Positions 47,201-59,000 of a stretch of 64,000 bases of DNA are shown piece by piece. The position numbers were made by a program, and so were the translations under genes. The notes under the pieces were generated by a model. It saw nothing but the letters and a program-made list of their open reading frames with translations. It was not told the origin of the DNA and searched no databases. How positions within the stretch are numbered: the stretch's first letter is position 1; each line of letters begins with the position of its first letter. This DNA comes from Macrostomum lignano (Eukaryota). The stretch spans positions 91,491 to 155,490 of the forward strand of contig NIVC01002622.1 of the NCBI GenBank assembly GCA_002269645.1, given 5' to 3'.

Positions 47201-50200
47201 TTTCCTGCCTCCAATGCTAATTCTCTAAACTCTTTTATATCCTACAGAAAGACATAAAACAGACAGTGCATTAGCTAGACTACTCTTGGGCTTTTAGTGG
47301 AGACCCCTGTCTCTTGGGTGGGCACCCCTGTCTCTTGGGTGGGCACCCCTGTCTCTTGGGTGGGCGCCCCTGTCTCTTGGTGGGCGCCCCTGTCTCTTGG
47401 GTGGGCGCCCCTGTCTCTTGGTGGGCGCCCCTGTCTCTTGGTGGGCGCCCCTGTCTCTTGGGTGGGCGCCCCTGTCTCTTGGGTGGGCGCCCCTGTCTCT
47501 TGGGTGGGCGCCCCTGTCTCTTGGGTGGGCGCCCCTGTCTCTTGGGTGGGCGCCCCTGTCTCTTGGGTGGGCGCCCCTGTCTCTGGGTGGGCGCCCCTGT
47601 CTCTTGGGTGGGCGCCCCTGTCTCTTGGTGGGCGCCCCTGTCTCTTGGGTGGGCGCCCCTGTCTCTTGGGTGGGCGCTCCTGTCTCTTGCTGGGCGTCTC
47701 TGTTTCTTGGTGAGCCTTCCTACTTCTATTACTATGTCGGTGGATGCCACGTTCAAAGAGCTGCCGTCATTAATATAGCCTTAGTTTTTACCTGAATAAA
47801 TTTGACATCCGGGGTCCAGCGAGGCGGCCGGCCAAAGTGCAGGATCCAGTTGAGCCTGGCGCCCAGCAGCACTACCACATCGGCTTGCTTCAGCGCCCTA
47901 GTCCGAGCGGCCGACACGCAGCCTGGATGATCGTCCGCGGCAACGCCCTTGCCCATGGGGGTCGGCAGGAAGGGCAGCCTGGTTGATTGGATAAGCTGGC
48001 GAACTGCCAGCTCCGCTCTGCCCTGTGCGGCGCCCTTGCCAATCACCACGAGGGGCCGACGGGCGGAGCGAAGCAGCCGGGCGGCGGCTGACACAGACTG
48101 GGGATCCGCCAGGGTGACCGGCGGCTGCGGCAGCGGCGGAGGGAAGCTGCGGAGGGGATAGGATACCCATGAAAACGGTACCTAGGTCAAAAAGCGTCCA
48201 AGAGTCCTTGCAGGTAAAATAGGAAATAACTGACCCTAGACGGCTCAAAAAACGAGATTTCACGTTACAAGTCGCCTAGAAGTCAATTTAAGGTGTTTTA
48301 TCATCTACGACTCTGAAACGACTCCGGAGCCGTAGAGTCGTATCTGAGGCGTCCTAGAGTCGCTGTAGAATCACTGAGTTGCATCTAAAGCGCATCTGCG
48401 TCAATTTATATATAATAACTTTATTAAGTTAGCGCAAACAACAACGACTATTGAACAACTTTGTTGCGACTGTTACGATTCTACAACTCGCGTGATGCGA
48501 TCTTGACTCAAAATCGCCTCTCGGTGGTTGCATTACAGTCGTTTGAGTCGGCAAAGAGTCGCTAGAGTCATTAGTAAGTTGTTTGCAAAGATTCTTTAGC
48601 GATTGTGGTCACGGTAACGTTTTCAACAGGAAGGTGTTGTGTCGTGTCGACACTGCTCAAGAGCAATCATTTTACTAGGACAGTATTGAAAACAATTTCT
48701 TTACTTTTCTACTACCAGTAGAGTAGCAAATAAAAGTTTCCTAAAATTAATTTTATACACGTAATATTCTACTGTTCTTACTGCAAGTAAAGTATTAAGG
48801 AAATATTTGATGTTAGATGTTTTTCTAGCCCGATTTGTCTATGGCCAAACCTCATTCAGCGATATGTAAAATGCGCTATGCGCTTTGCGATATGCACAAA
48901 TGTAAATGTTTAGCATTATCGTTTTTAATTAATATTTTTGCAAATTTGTTATTTAGTAGAATCTCACTGGATCTCCTCAGAATCAACTGACGACGTAACA
49001 AAATCGCCAGGTAGGTCCAGGTACACAGCACCAGGCCGCCCGTAGGTGGCCTGTTTCACTGCCTGATAGAAAAAGAACATCAAAACTGCAATAAGATTTC
49101 ACTATGAAGGATTTAAACACAAAATCAAACGTAACAAGATCTAATGCGAGAGTCAACCTTGTGCACAAAATGCGGAATTCTGGCAATTGACGGCAGGCGG
49201 GCGCTGAACTTGCAGAACTTGGCTGCAGCCTCCGCCTGCGGAAACTCCTGGAATGCCTCGCTGCCATCCAGGTGCGAGTCGCTGGCGCCGCCGATCACCA
49301 GCACTGGCCTGTGGGGTTTGCGGGCGATTCGCTTAAACCAACGAGTAGGACTTGGGATGTTGCGATGGCTGGCTTGTGCTGCCTCGCTGTTGGCCCAGCA
49401 ACTCGGGATCTGAGAGGCTGGCCCAGCAACTCGGGATCTGAGAGGCTGGCCCAGCAACTGGGGATCTGGGAGACTGGCCCAGCAACTGGGGATCTGGGAG
49501 GCTGGCCCAGCAACTGGCACTCTGGGAGGCTGGCCCAGCAACTGGCACTCTGGGAGGCTGGTCCAGCAACTGACACTCTGAGAGACTGGCCTAGCAACTG
49601 ACACTATGGGAGGCTGGCCCAGCAACTGACACTCTGAGAGGCTGGCCTAGCAACTTAGGATTTGAGAAGTTGTTCCAGCAACTGAGGAACTGGGAGTAGC
49701 AAGCAAAGGCACAATGTTCACCAGCAGTTTTCATTTGCATTGGACAGTCCGGCCAGTGCATGCACAACTCCAGGACCGGAAACCACCAGACAGACTCCTG
49801 GCCTAGAAAATGTTAAAATTTTGTTGGGATTTCAGCGACTGCAAAAGTTATTCTACAGTTAAATCTTGACGATTAGATTTTCGATACATGTATAATTTAT
49901 TACTTACTTCCCAGTAAGATAGCCAATTGCTGATGCAGCATAGGATGCCTGAAAAGTCACAATATTACTGCACAATATTTTCACACAATAACAAATGATT
50001 CACTTGAGTTAAAATAATGGAAACCTACAGACTGTTCATTGCGCATTGCAACAAACTTGATACCGGCAGATTGAAAGGCAACAGCAACCTCTACCACAGG
50101 AATTCCAACTATGCCAAAAGCATATTCAATGCCCTGGAAAGTCAAACAAGGAGTGCAAGATGTATATTTATGTAGCCCAATAAACTGCTGCTGCACAAAT

Positions 50201-50249
50201 TACCAACCTGTGAACGAAGGGCTTGAGCCAGCACTGTTGCTCCATCCAT
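41221..50249 (-). CDS. HACL1: 2-hydroxyacyl-CoA lyase 1 (579 aa); exons 50249-50208, 50133-50029, 49948-49908, 49802-49722, 49308-49158, 49062-48968, 48146-47792, 44628-44545, 44446-44180, 42624-42139, 41253-41221
   Basis: All phases join (1740 nt); [73 protein letters not shown] motif [13 protein letters not shown]; PTS1 SKL. Confidence 0.97.
41540..42120. repeat. 27-bp G-run minisatellite in HACL1 intron 10
   Basis: GGGCAGTTGTCCCCATCCAACTGTCGG units. Confidence 0.94.
42665..43950. repeat. 28-30-bp minisatellite in HACL1 intron 9
   Basis: ATGGGGATTTTCGGGTGTGCTAGATCTCAG units. Confidence 0.96.
45286..46718 (+). CDS. 3-hydroxyacyl-CoA dehydrogenase NAD-binding domain fused to a C3HC4 RING finger (309 aa); exons 45286-45723 and 46227-46718; nested in HACL1 intron 7
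   Basis: [45 protein letters not shown]|VE; RING CAIC-x11-CHH-x3-CCTC-x10-CPVC; phase-0 GTGAGT..ACAG intron falls cleanly inside the HADH motif. Confidence 0.93.
45785..46180. repeat. About 24-bp minisatellite in the intron of the nested gene
   Basis: GACAGGTGTCAGATGGGTCATGCT units. Confidence 0.93.
47300..47700. repeat. 21-bp minisatellite GGGTGGGCGCCCCTGTCTCTT
   Basis: Tandem units in HACL1 intron 7. Confidence 0.96.
49385..49690. repeat. 28-bp minisatellite GGCCCAGCAACTG..TCTGGGAGGCT in HACL1 intron 4
   Basis: Same unit family as 62790-63775. Confidence 0.93.
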
Positions 50250-51016
50250 GTGAGTTGAATGATTCTGAAGTGATTATAACAATTTTTGTGGTTATACATT
50301 CAACGACTTTGAGGCAATTTATTAAAGATAATTTGAGAGCATTAGTCCCAGTTTATTATGTAGATTTAATAAGTAGCTTAATTAAGTAGTTTCTTTACCA
50401 TATAAGTTAAAGAAACTACTTGGTTCTTATTAGTTGTTGTTATTAATAAATGAAAATACACTGACTGATAACTTAATATATAACATTTTACAATAAATAG
50501 AATTAAAAAATGACATTTAATAACACTAAAGGAGCACAAGAACCTGTACATACAGCTGATTTGCTTGCAGTGCATTTTGCCCACAAGCAAATTGCCTACT
50601 GGGTTTTTTCTCACCAAGGTTTTCCAAATGCTTTTTTTTCTATAACACCTTTTGCAACACATCATAATGTCCTAGATTCTTCAAATTCTTTTGATTTATC
50701 AGTCTTAATAAAGAGATTTACCCAATCAAAATGCTTTAACAGTAACTGCATATAAAATTTTTTATCTTTCTTGTAAGTAAGCAGGGGTACATCAGTGAGC
50801 TATTAATAAATGCAAGTTTATGCACTTACAACAAGGGTAGGCATTGGGAGAAGATGCAGATAGTATCTAATACATGGCAAAATGCACTACAAGAAAAAAG
50901 CATTGATAGAAAAACTTGGCAGTCAATTTGCTTGTGGGCAATAATTCATTAGCAAGCAAATTGCACTATGGGAAAATCTCAGCAGGCAATTCTCTGCCAT
51001 GCTTGGGTGCAGCCTA

Positions 51017-51151
51017 GGAATTCACCTGGCTGTTTCTATTGGCAACACATACATTTAAGTCACTATTGGATAGAATAGTAGTCAGGTGACTGCTCTTAGC
51101 CAATAGTGACCTACATGTGTGTGTTGCCAATAGAAATGGCCAGGTGATTCC
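51017..51151. other. 135-bp near-perfect inverted repeat (long hairpin)
   Basis: GGAATTCACCTGGCTGTTTCTATTGGCAACAC.. pairs with ..GTGTTGCCAATAGAAATGGCCAGGTGATTCC; centre GTCA-GG-TGAC. Confidence 0.9.
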
Positions 51152-51905
51152 AAAGGTTGCACATGTATGTTCTCTGTGCAAAAAGTAGCAATTCACTCAT
51201 AGTCAAAATATACTATAGGCAAATATTGGTAGGGAAAAAAGTTGGTAGACAAATCTCCTGCGGGAAAATCTCTGAGCAATTTGTCTGTGGGAATTTTTTA
51301 TGGACCCTAATAATATGAGCTAAGTCTTTATATGAAATACTAAAAACTTATATTATTCATGCAGAGATCCAAAGAGTTGAATAAGGGTATAGATTACTAG
51401 GGTATATGTATAGCATAGGCATGTTTATTTACATGATAATATATATACAACCCATACATGGCTATAGAAAAAATCGAACTTAATACAAGGCCTGTTCCCT
51501 TTGCATCCCCCCTGAATCTAAAATACTAATCATGTTGGTCTTAGTATATTCTAAGTTATTTATGGCTATAATTATAAATTAGGCCTACTATCAGTATCAC
51601 ATATTTAGATAACTCACTAAAGTGTAAGCATTTTGTAGTAGTAAAATTAAACCAAAATACTGGGCCTTAATAATAACCACCCTAATAGTAAAACAGCTGT
51701 TGAATGCTGGCATTTACTAGAAAATTCTACTTGTTGCGCTGGCAATAAAAAAAATTACTATACCAAATACTACTAGTAAAAGGCAATAGTTAAGTGTAAG
51801 GTTTAGCAATGTTTGAACTGATTAAGATGAAATAAATTTAGTGTAATGCGAATGTAACTTCTAAATAATTTAAAACAAAAAATTCAAAAAAATCTATAGT
51901 TGATT

Positions 51906-52085
51906 CAGTGGCGGATCCAGGATTTTTAAAGTAGGTGGGCGGGCGCTGGGCGGATTGGCCTAACTTTTTGGGTTGGCCCAAAATAAGCCCAAAAAGCCCA
52001 AAATTGCAATACTCCCTTTTATATTAAATTCAGCCACGGCAAAAGAGAGGGCGACCGCCCCAGCCACCATCTAGATCCGCCACTG
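51906..52085. mobile_element. hAT-like MITE (180 bp), same family as 35060-35204
   Basis: TIRs CAGTGGCGGATCCAG / CTAGATCCGCCACTG; shared GGCCCAAAATAAGCCCAAAA core; TSD AGTTGATT / AGTTAATT. Confidence 0.85.
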
Positions 52086-53793
52086 AGTTAATTATGAGAT
52101 GAAGCACCAGGTTCGGAGAAGCAGATTCACATTATCTCTAGGAAAGTTCTTAGAAAGTATCAAACTCAAAAATGTATCAAAAGCTACAGACGCTTAAACA
52201 AAGAAGAATTGTTTCACAATAGTTTTGTCAAAAGTTAATGTATAAGACAATGTTTTATTGCTTAAAAATTCTATTATGCAAGAATAATGCTTTTTGATGT
52301 GCTAAACGTTTGTGACTTGATTCGTTTAGGATGATTTCATGGTAATTTTAGGTGGTCATCACTTTTCGCAACTGTCGCGGCCATCTGAATTGTCCTTGAC
52401 CTTGTCCCTGTTTTCTTTCTCAGTCTAGTCAATTTCAGTTATTTTCATTACTTTCTACTTGCGCCTCCACTCCGACCTTAAGCTCTATACGTGTCGGCAA
52501 CCCTGCAACGGCCACCTGCATGCATGGACAACAAAAGTAGTCTACTCCAGTGTTGATGAACTCACCCCTTTTTAGAATTTTTATAAATAAAGTCGTTTTG
52601 GGCTGTGCCGCAGTCACTAGTTTATTATTTCAAACTACATGAAATTCAAATAAGTCGCAACTTCGTTTCTTATTATTTTTGTATATCACTTTGACTGCGC
52701 GCCGAACAGTCTGCTATTAAAAAACCTTTCTGCGGTCACTCCAATTATCTTTATGAAATACACGATTATGAAAAAAGTAATTTTTTACAAACAATTGCAA
52801 CTTTAGCATGCCGTCATACTGTACATGTATCAAAATGAAGCAATTTAATCGTTGAGTCAGCATTGAAGTCCAACATAAACGTCATGGCTGAAAAGCTATA
52901 ATAGACAAATAAAAAGACAAAGGGCGCACCACATTTGAACATAAGATGCAAATTTGCATCTGGACAAGCATATAGTTTTTTTCTATTGTAGATTATAAAT
53001 GTATAAATAAATCGGTTCGTTTTAACAAATTTCAATAGCTACTATGAAGCTACGCTATAAATATCCAGCCGGAGAAAACAATTGAGTAATCGGACATTGC
53101 GGTTGTTTTTAAATCAGTTGGTTGCCAAAAAACTACAAAGCCCAGTTGAGTCACGGTGACAATACAAGAACAGAACTACAAGCCCAATGCCGACATGGAG
53201 GTTGCTGAGTAACAGTAGTTGTGACAGAATGAGCGTTCAAAACCTAGCTCTACTAATATAAAAAATTGCATCGTAAAAAAGCAAATTTAAATAAGAGCAC
53301 AACTGCCAACTGTTTTGAAAACCGTGAACCAGGAAATTTAAACGAAGTTCGTGCAATAATGCCGGAAACTAGCAACGCACACAATGTCTCACGCGCACTC
53401 AATAGCAAAATAAACATTTTGAACACTTCAAAACAAAACATCCATACAAAAATGCACAACCACAATGAATGCGCAAACTAGCCTACTCGCTAATAAGTAG
53501 TCTACAATTAAAGGAAAAATTAGGTGCATTGTGTAGTTGTTTATTAATTTTATTAAATATCAACAAGGTTATTGTTCTTTTAATAAATTATTGGCAAATA
53601 AACTTTCGCTAACTTCAAAGATTCCGCTTGCTTCAAACTGCATGAAAAGAATGAAAAAGTTAAATTAATAATTAAACAGCTTAAAAATTATATACTTGCG
53701 TACGTGCAGTTTTATGAGTAGTTAAATAAATAAAATTAACATCAATTTAAGACGAAATTATCTAGTTAAAAATTATGAATTAACGGGCTGAGT

Positions 53794-54029
53794 CAGGGAC
53801 GTCGCCATGGACTATACGGAGGGGAAGGACAGAGTCAAGAATCCTACCATGACTAAATTCCTACATTTATTGGGAATCGGTGTTGTTAGCACCCAAGCAT
53901 TCATTTTTGCACATCAGACACTTATTTTGGCGCCTTACATAACGGGTCACAAGGGCGACTGGGCGGGAAGGCAAAGCTTTTACTGGGGTGGGGGGGATGC
54001 CCCCTCTGTCAATAGTGGCGTCGCCCCTG
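53794..54029. mobile_element. hAT-like MITE (236 bp), second family
   Basis: TIRs CAGGGACGTCGCCA / TGGCGTCGCCCCTG; degenerate 8-bp TSD GGCTGAGT / GGCAGAGA. Confidence 0.65.
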
Positions 54030-54594
54030 GGCAGAGAGTATTGCAAGTTGCAAATTAGTTGGAAAAGCTTGAAGACTGCAAAGCAGGCGCACAAAATATT
54101 AATAAATAAAAAACTAGGAATTCAATTAGAAGACCCAGAATAAAATTGAAAGTATAACTCACAAAATCTAAAAAAAACAAGCACAAGTAAACCAAACGGA
54201 GATCTGGGAGCGAAGCATGGAATTGAAACACAAACAAAATGAATTAGGGCTCCAAGACGCGGTGCAAAATAAGTAATAAATTAATAGAATTTTTTATTCG
54301 CATATCGAAAAAACATAAGCAAATCTTTTTGTAAATTCTCAACGCTAAAAGCTTATTGTTCTCTACTCAAAAATTTACACCATAAATTTGTTCATGATCA
54401 AAGTTAGAAAATTGTAAAGTAATTGTATAGTGGCATATTAACTAATGTCATGCTATATTTTATCGAGTTGAGGGTGGACATTGACAACCATAGCAGTTAT
54501 TGTTTATCTTTAGAAGCAATATACATTGTATTAGGATATATATACATATAATAACTACAAGTAAAATGACTTTATACATAGGAATAAGGTTTAT

Positions 54595-55000
54595 TGCCTC
54601 AACACGGAATCACTAATTGTTCATCTATTTTTAGAAAGTGTAAATTGCCGCAACAGGGAATCACTAATAGATAATCTATTGTTAGAAACAGTGTACATTA
54701 CCTCAACCCGAAATTGCTAACTGATAATCTATTTTTAGAAACAGTGTACATTTCCTCAACCAGGAATTGCTAATTGATAATCTATTTTTAGAAAGTGTAA
54801 ATTGTCGCAACAGGGAATCACTAATAGATAATCTATTTTTAGAAACAGTGTACATTACCTCAACCCGAAATTGCTAACTGATAATCTATTTTTAGAAACA
54901 GTGTACATTTCCTCAACCAGGAATCGCTAATTGATCATCTATTTTTAGAAAGTGTACATTGCCTCAGCAGGAAATCGCTAATTGATAATCTATTTTAGAA
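54595..55000. repeat. AT-rich tandem repeat of about 50-55 bp
   Basis: Recurrent GATAATCTATTTTTAGAAACAGTGTACATT..CTCAAC. Confidence 0.85.
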
Positions 55001-56069
55001 GCTTAACATTGCGCTTCTATGCATATTTTAAGAAACAGAAACCGATTTTCTCAACTATTCTCGAATAACTGAGTAAAACACGCCGATATAAAAAAATTGC
55101 AAACGTGCCAGTGCACCAACAATAGTTGCATGATATGCGATTCCGCAGAGAATTTGAGTCAAAACCTTCTATAAAACCGCATTCCGTGAGTTGCTGAATG
55201 GAATTCGGCGAAAGAATGGTTGAAAAATGTATGCAACATTTTATGGACAAAAAACTATATAAAACCGGGTAGATTGCCCGATAGTCAAGAAGACAAATAT
55301 AACAAAAATGAAGTCTATTAAATAGCCACACTTAGGCTTCGCAGCCGAGAGTATCTATCATTGCTCAATTGTTATTTAACAGTGGGAACGCACCGAGAAT
55401 TTTACTTTTGGCAGCCAAGTTGACTACTTACGGTAGTAAAGTTTTCTTTTTTAAAATATAATAATTTTATACTTTACTTTGCACGTATTTTCCCCATATT
55501 TTTACTAAAAGTAGAGTAGTCGATAAAGTATCAAAATATTAATTTAATAGAAACAATATAGTGTTTTTTTTCTACTTAAAGTAGAGTAGAAAGAAGAATT
55601 AAGTATGATAATTGTTTTTCGTAGTCTTAATTTTTCTGTCGTACGGTTTTTTGCATGAATTAGTTACGCCTAATGGCTAGCAATACAAAAAGGACCCTTT
55701 TTGCTCATTGGGATTTTCTTCCTCTACAAGGCCTGTACTGTACTCAAATATTATGTACAATGTTATTTGAAGGCCTAAGACGACCACATGACTGCAAATT
55801 GAAGCAAATCCAAGAAGCAAAACAAGAGACACTACAATACCTTGGTCCTCGGCAGTTCCACTGTTAAATAAGCAATTAATATAATTATAATATAAAAACA
55901 CACAAGCATGTAAAAAAAGAAGATAAATACAATAAATTGCAGAAAAAAGACAACTGAAACAGGATCTTGTCAGGAAAAAATGAGATTTTGTTTAGCAAAT
56001 AATAATATTCATAATATAAATAGTCGAACGCGGATACTGGCGCTACATCAGCCGCTGCTTGACAGCAGT

Positions 56070-59000
56070 TTACAGCTGCAGATCGTTGCCAATTTTCCCA
56101 GCAATATTTTTAAATCCCATCGAAGAACCGCTGATCCGTTTAAATCGAACGCCATTGAGCGACAATCTGGGCAGCTTGCACACCTCCATCTCCCACTGCA
56201 CCATCGAGCCCGTATCCGAGGCGCCGTGAGAGCATAGCAACAGGAACTTCTCTTTCCGCTCGTATTCGCAGCGGTGCTTCTCCAGTACTCGAATGATCTC
56301 AGCTAGAATTGCTGACGGCTCCTTGGACGAAGTGGTCTTCATTGAGAAGGTGAACCGCAGCGAGCGGGGCTTGGGGTTGGAACCGGCGGCTTCGTCTGAA
56401 GTGCTAGCAGCGGTGGCTCCCGCATTCGTAGCCGTATTGCTGCCGCTGGCCTCGGAGGTGGCTGCCGCCGCCGCTGCTGAAGCAGCCGAGGTCCCGGGCC
56501 TGCGGATAGCAATTGGTGAGGGTTGAAGAGAAATTCGCTGCAAGAGCTCTGGCATAATAAATAAAAATAAGATATCAATTATGGAAATACCTTAAAAAAT
56601 GTCACTTCTAACAAATCAGACACTCTAAAATTTCACTACTAGCAAATCGGCAACTCTAAAATGTCACCCCCAACATATCGGCAACTCTAAAATGTCACTC
56701 CTAACAAATCGGCAACTCAAAAATGTCACTCCTAACAAATCGGCAACTCAAAAATGTCACTCCTAACAAATCGGCAACTCAAAAATGTCACTCCTAACAA
56801 ATCGGCAACTCTAAAATGTCACTCCTAAGAAATTGGCAACTCCGAAATGTCACTCCTAACAAATCTGCAACTCAGAAATGTCACTCCTAACAAATCGGCA
56901 ACTCAAAAATGTCACTCCTAACAAATTGGCAACTCTGAAATGTCACTCCTAACAAATCGGCAACTCAAAAATGTCACTCCTAACAAATCTGCAACTCTGA
57001 AATGTCACTCCTAACAAATCGGCAACTCAAAAATGTCACTCCAGCTACTATAAAGAGTAGAAAATGTTACTTGAAGAAATCAGGCACAAAAAAGGTCACT
57101 CAAACACTGAAAGAAACCGGCACCTACCCAGCTGAGTGCTTGTTGCCCAGATGGACCGAATTCAATTTCTTCTGCAGTTTGGCGATCAGCGAAGAGTTCG
57201 TAGCCGAGTTGACGGTGGCAGCAGCACCAGACGGAACCAGCTGCAGTTGCTGCTGTTGTTCCTGAAGCGGCGCCGGCGCTGGTGACTGCTGCTGCTGAAG
57301 CTGCTCACGCTCGCCGACCCCGGTGCCCAGCACGGTGCGTCGCGCAGTCGCGTTGCGAAAGAATTCATCGCCGCTACTTGGCGAAGTTGGCAGAGCCTTA
57401 CCGGCGGTCGGCGCGTTGGCGGCTGTTGCAGCGGCGGCGGCTGCCACGGCGGCGGCGGCTGCAGCGGCGGCCGAGCTGGAAGTGGCGCCGGTGACTGTGA
57501 CAGCGGCGGACTGATTAGCGGCAGACGAAGATGACGCGGCCGTTTTAGATTTCGATTTTGTTAAAAGTGGATCGCCGCTCGCTTTGCCGATTGCCGATGG
57601 GCCGCCGCCGCCGCCGCGTTGTGGCTCGCGCATCGACTGCTGGACCCAGCTGGAGCCGGCGCGACCAGTGGAACCGCTGGCGGTGGGTCAAAGAATTAAG
57701 GAATTAAAGGAGGGAACTAGTTACTGACTGGTTACTGATAAAGCAATTACAAGACTGTCTGATGACTTACAAAATTGCACTATTTACAAACTGTTCAGCA
57801 TAAACTATTGCGTATTCTGAGTCCACCACAAGGACAGAAAAGAAGTTACAGCTATCTACCACAAGGACAGGGAGGAGGCTACAGGTCTACGGAAGTCTAC
57901 CACAAGAACAGCGAGGAGGCTACAGGCCTACAGCAGTCTACCACGAGGACAGGGAGGAGGCTACAGCAGTCTACCACAAGGACAGGGAGGAGGCCACATC
58001 AGTCTACCACAAGGACAGGGAGGAGGCTACAGCAGTCTACCACAAGGACAGAAAAGAAGTTACAGCTATCTACCACAAGGACAGGGAGGAGACTACAGCA
58101 GTCCACCACAAGGACAGAAAAGAAGTTACAGCTATCTACCACAAGGACAGGGAGGAGGCTACAGCAGTCTACCACAAGGACAGAAAAGAAGTTACAGCTA
58201 TCTACCACAAGGACAGGGAGGAGGCTACAGCAGTCTACCACAAGGATAGGGAGGAGGCTACAGCAGTCTACCACAAGGACAGGGAGGAGGCTACAGCAGT
58301 CTACCACAAGGACAGGGAGGAGGCTACAGCAGTCTACCACAAGGACAGGAAGGCATGGCAGTCTACCACAAGGACAGGAAGGTATAGCAGTCTACCACAA
58401 GGACAGGAAGACATAGCAGTCTACCACAAGGACAGGAAGGCATAGCAGTCTACCACAAGGACAGGAAGGCATGGCAGTCTACCACAAGGACAGGAAGGTA
58501 TAGCAGTCTACCACAAGGACAGGGAGGTATAGCACCCGTCGAACTTTTCACCCGGAATTTCGCCCGGAATTTTTTGCGTTCACCCGGAATTTTTTCCTAT
58601 TCCAGTAATGCAATCTGATCCGGGTGGAAATTCCGGATCTGTAACGAAAGTTTACAGAATCCGGGCGAAATTTCCGGATCAAAAAGAAAAATTCCGGAAA
58701 ATAGACCCGGATCGCTAAAAAAAATCCGGTGACTGTTCCGGGTGCGATCCGGGCGAGTGGAACGGATCAGCACACAAATCCGGGCTAAATTCCGGGCGAC
58801 GAAAACCGGATCAACACACAATTCCGGGCGAGTGAACCGGATCAGCACACAAATCCGGGCTAATTCCGGGCGAGTGAACCGGATCAGCACACAATTCCGG
58901 GCTAATTCCGGGCGAGTGAACCGGATCAACACACAATTCCGGGCGAGTGAACCGGATCAGCACACAAATCCGGGCTAATTCCGGGCGAGTGAACCGGATC

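Noticed and set aside
48090-48110. Suspected frameshift in HACL1 exon 7
   Set aside because: On re-reading, the run is CCCC (GAT CCC CAG TCT GTG) and the frame is intact.
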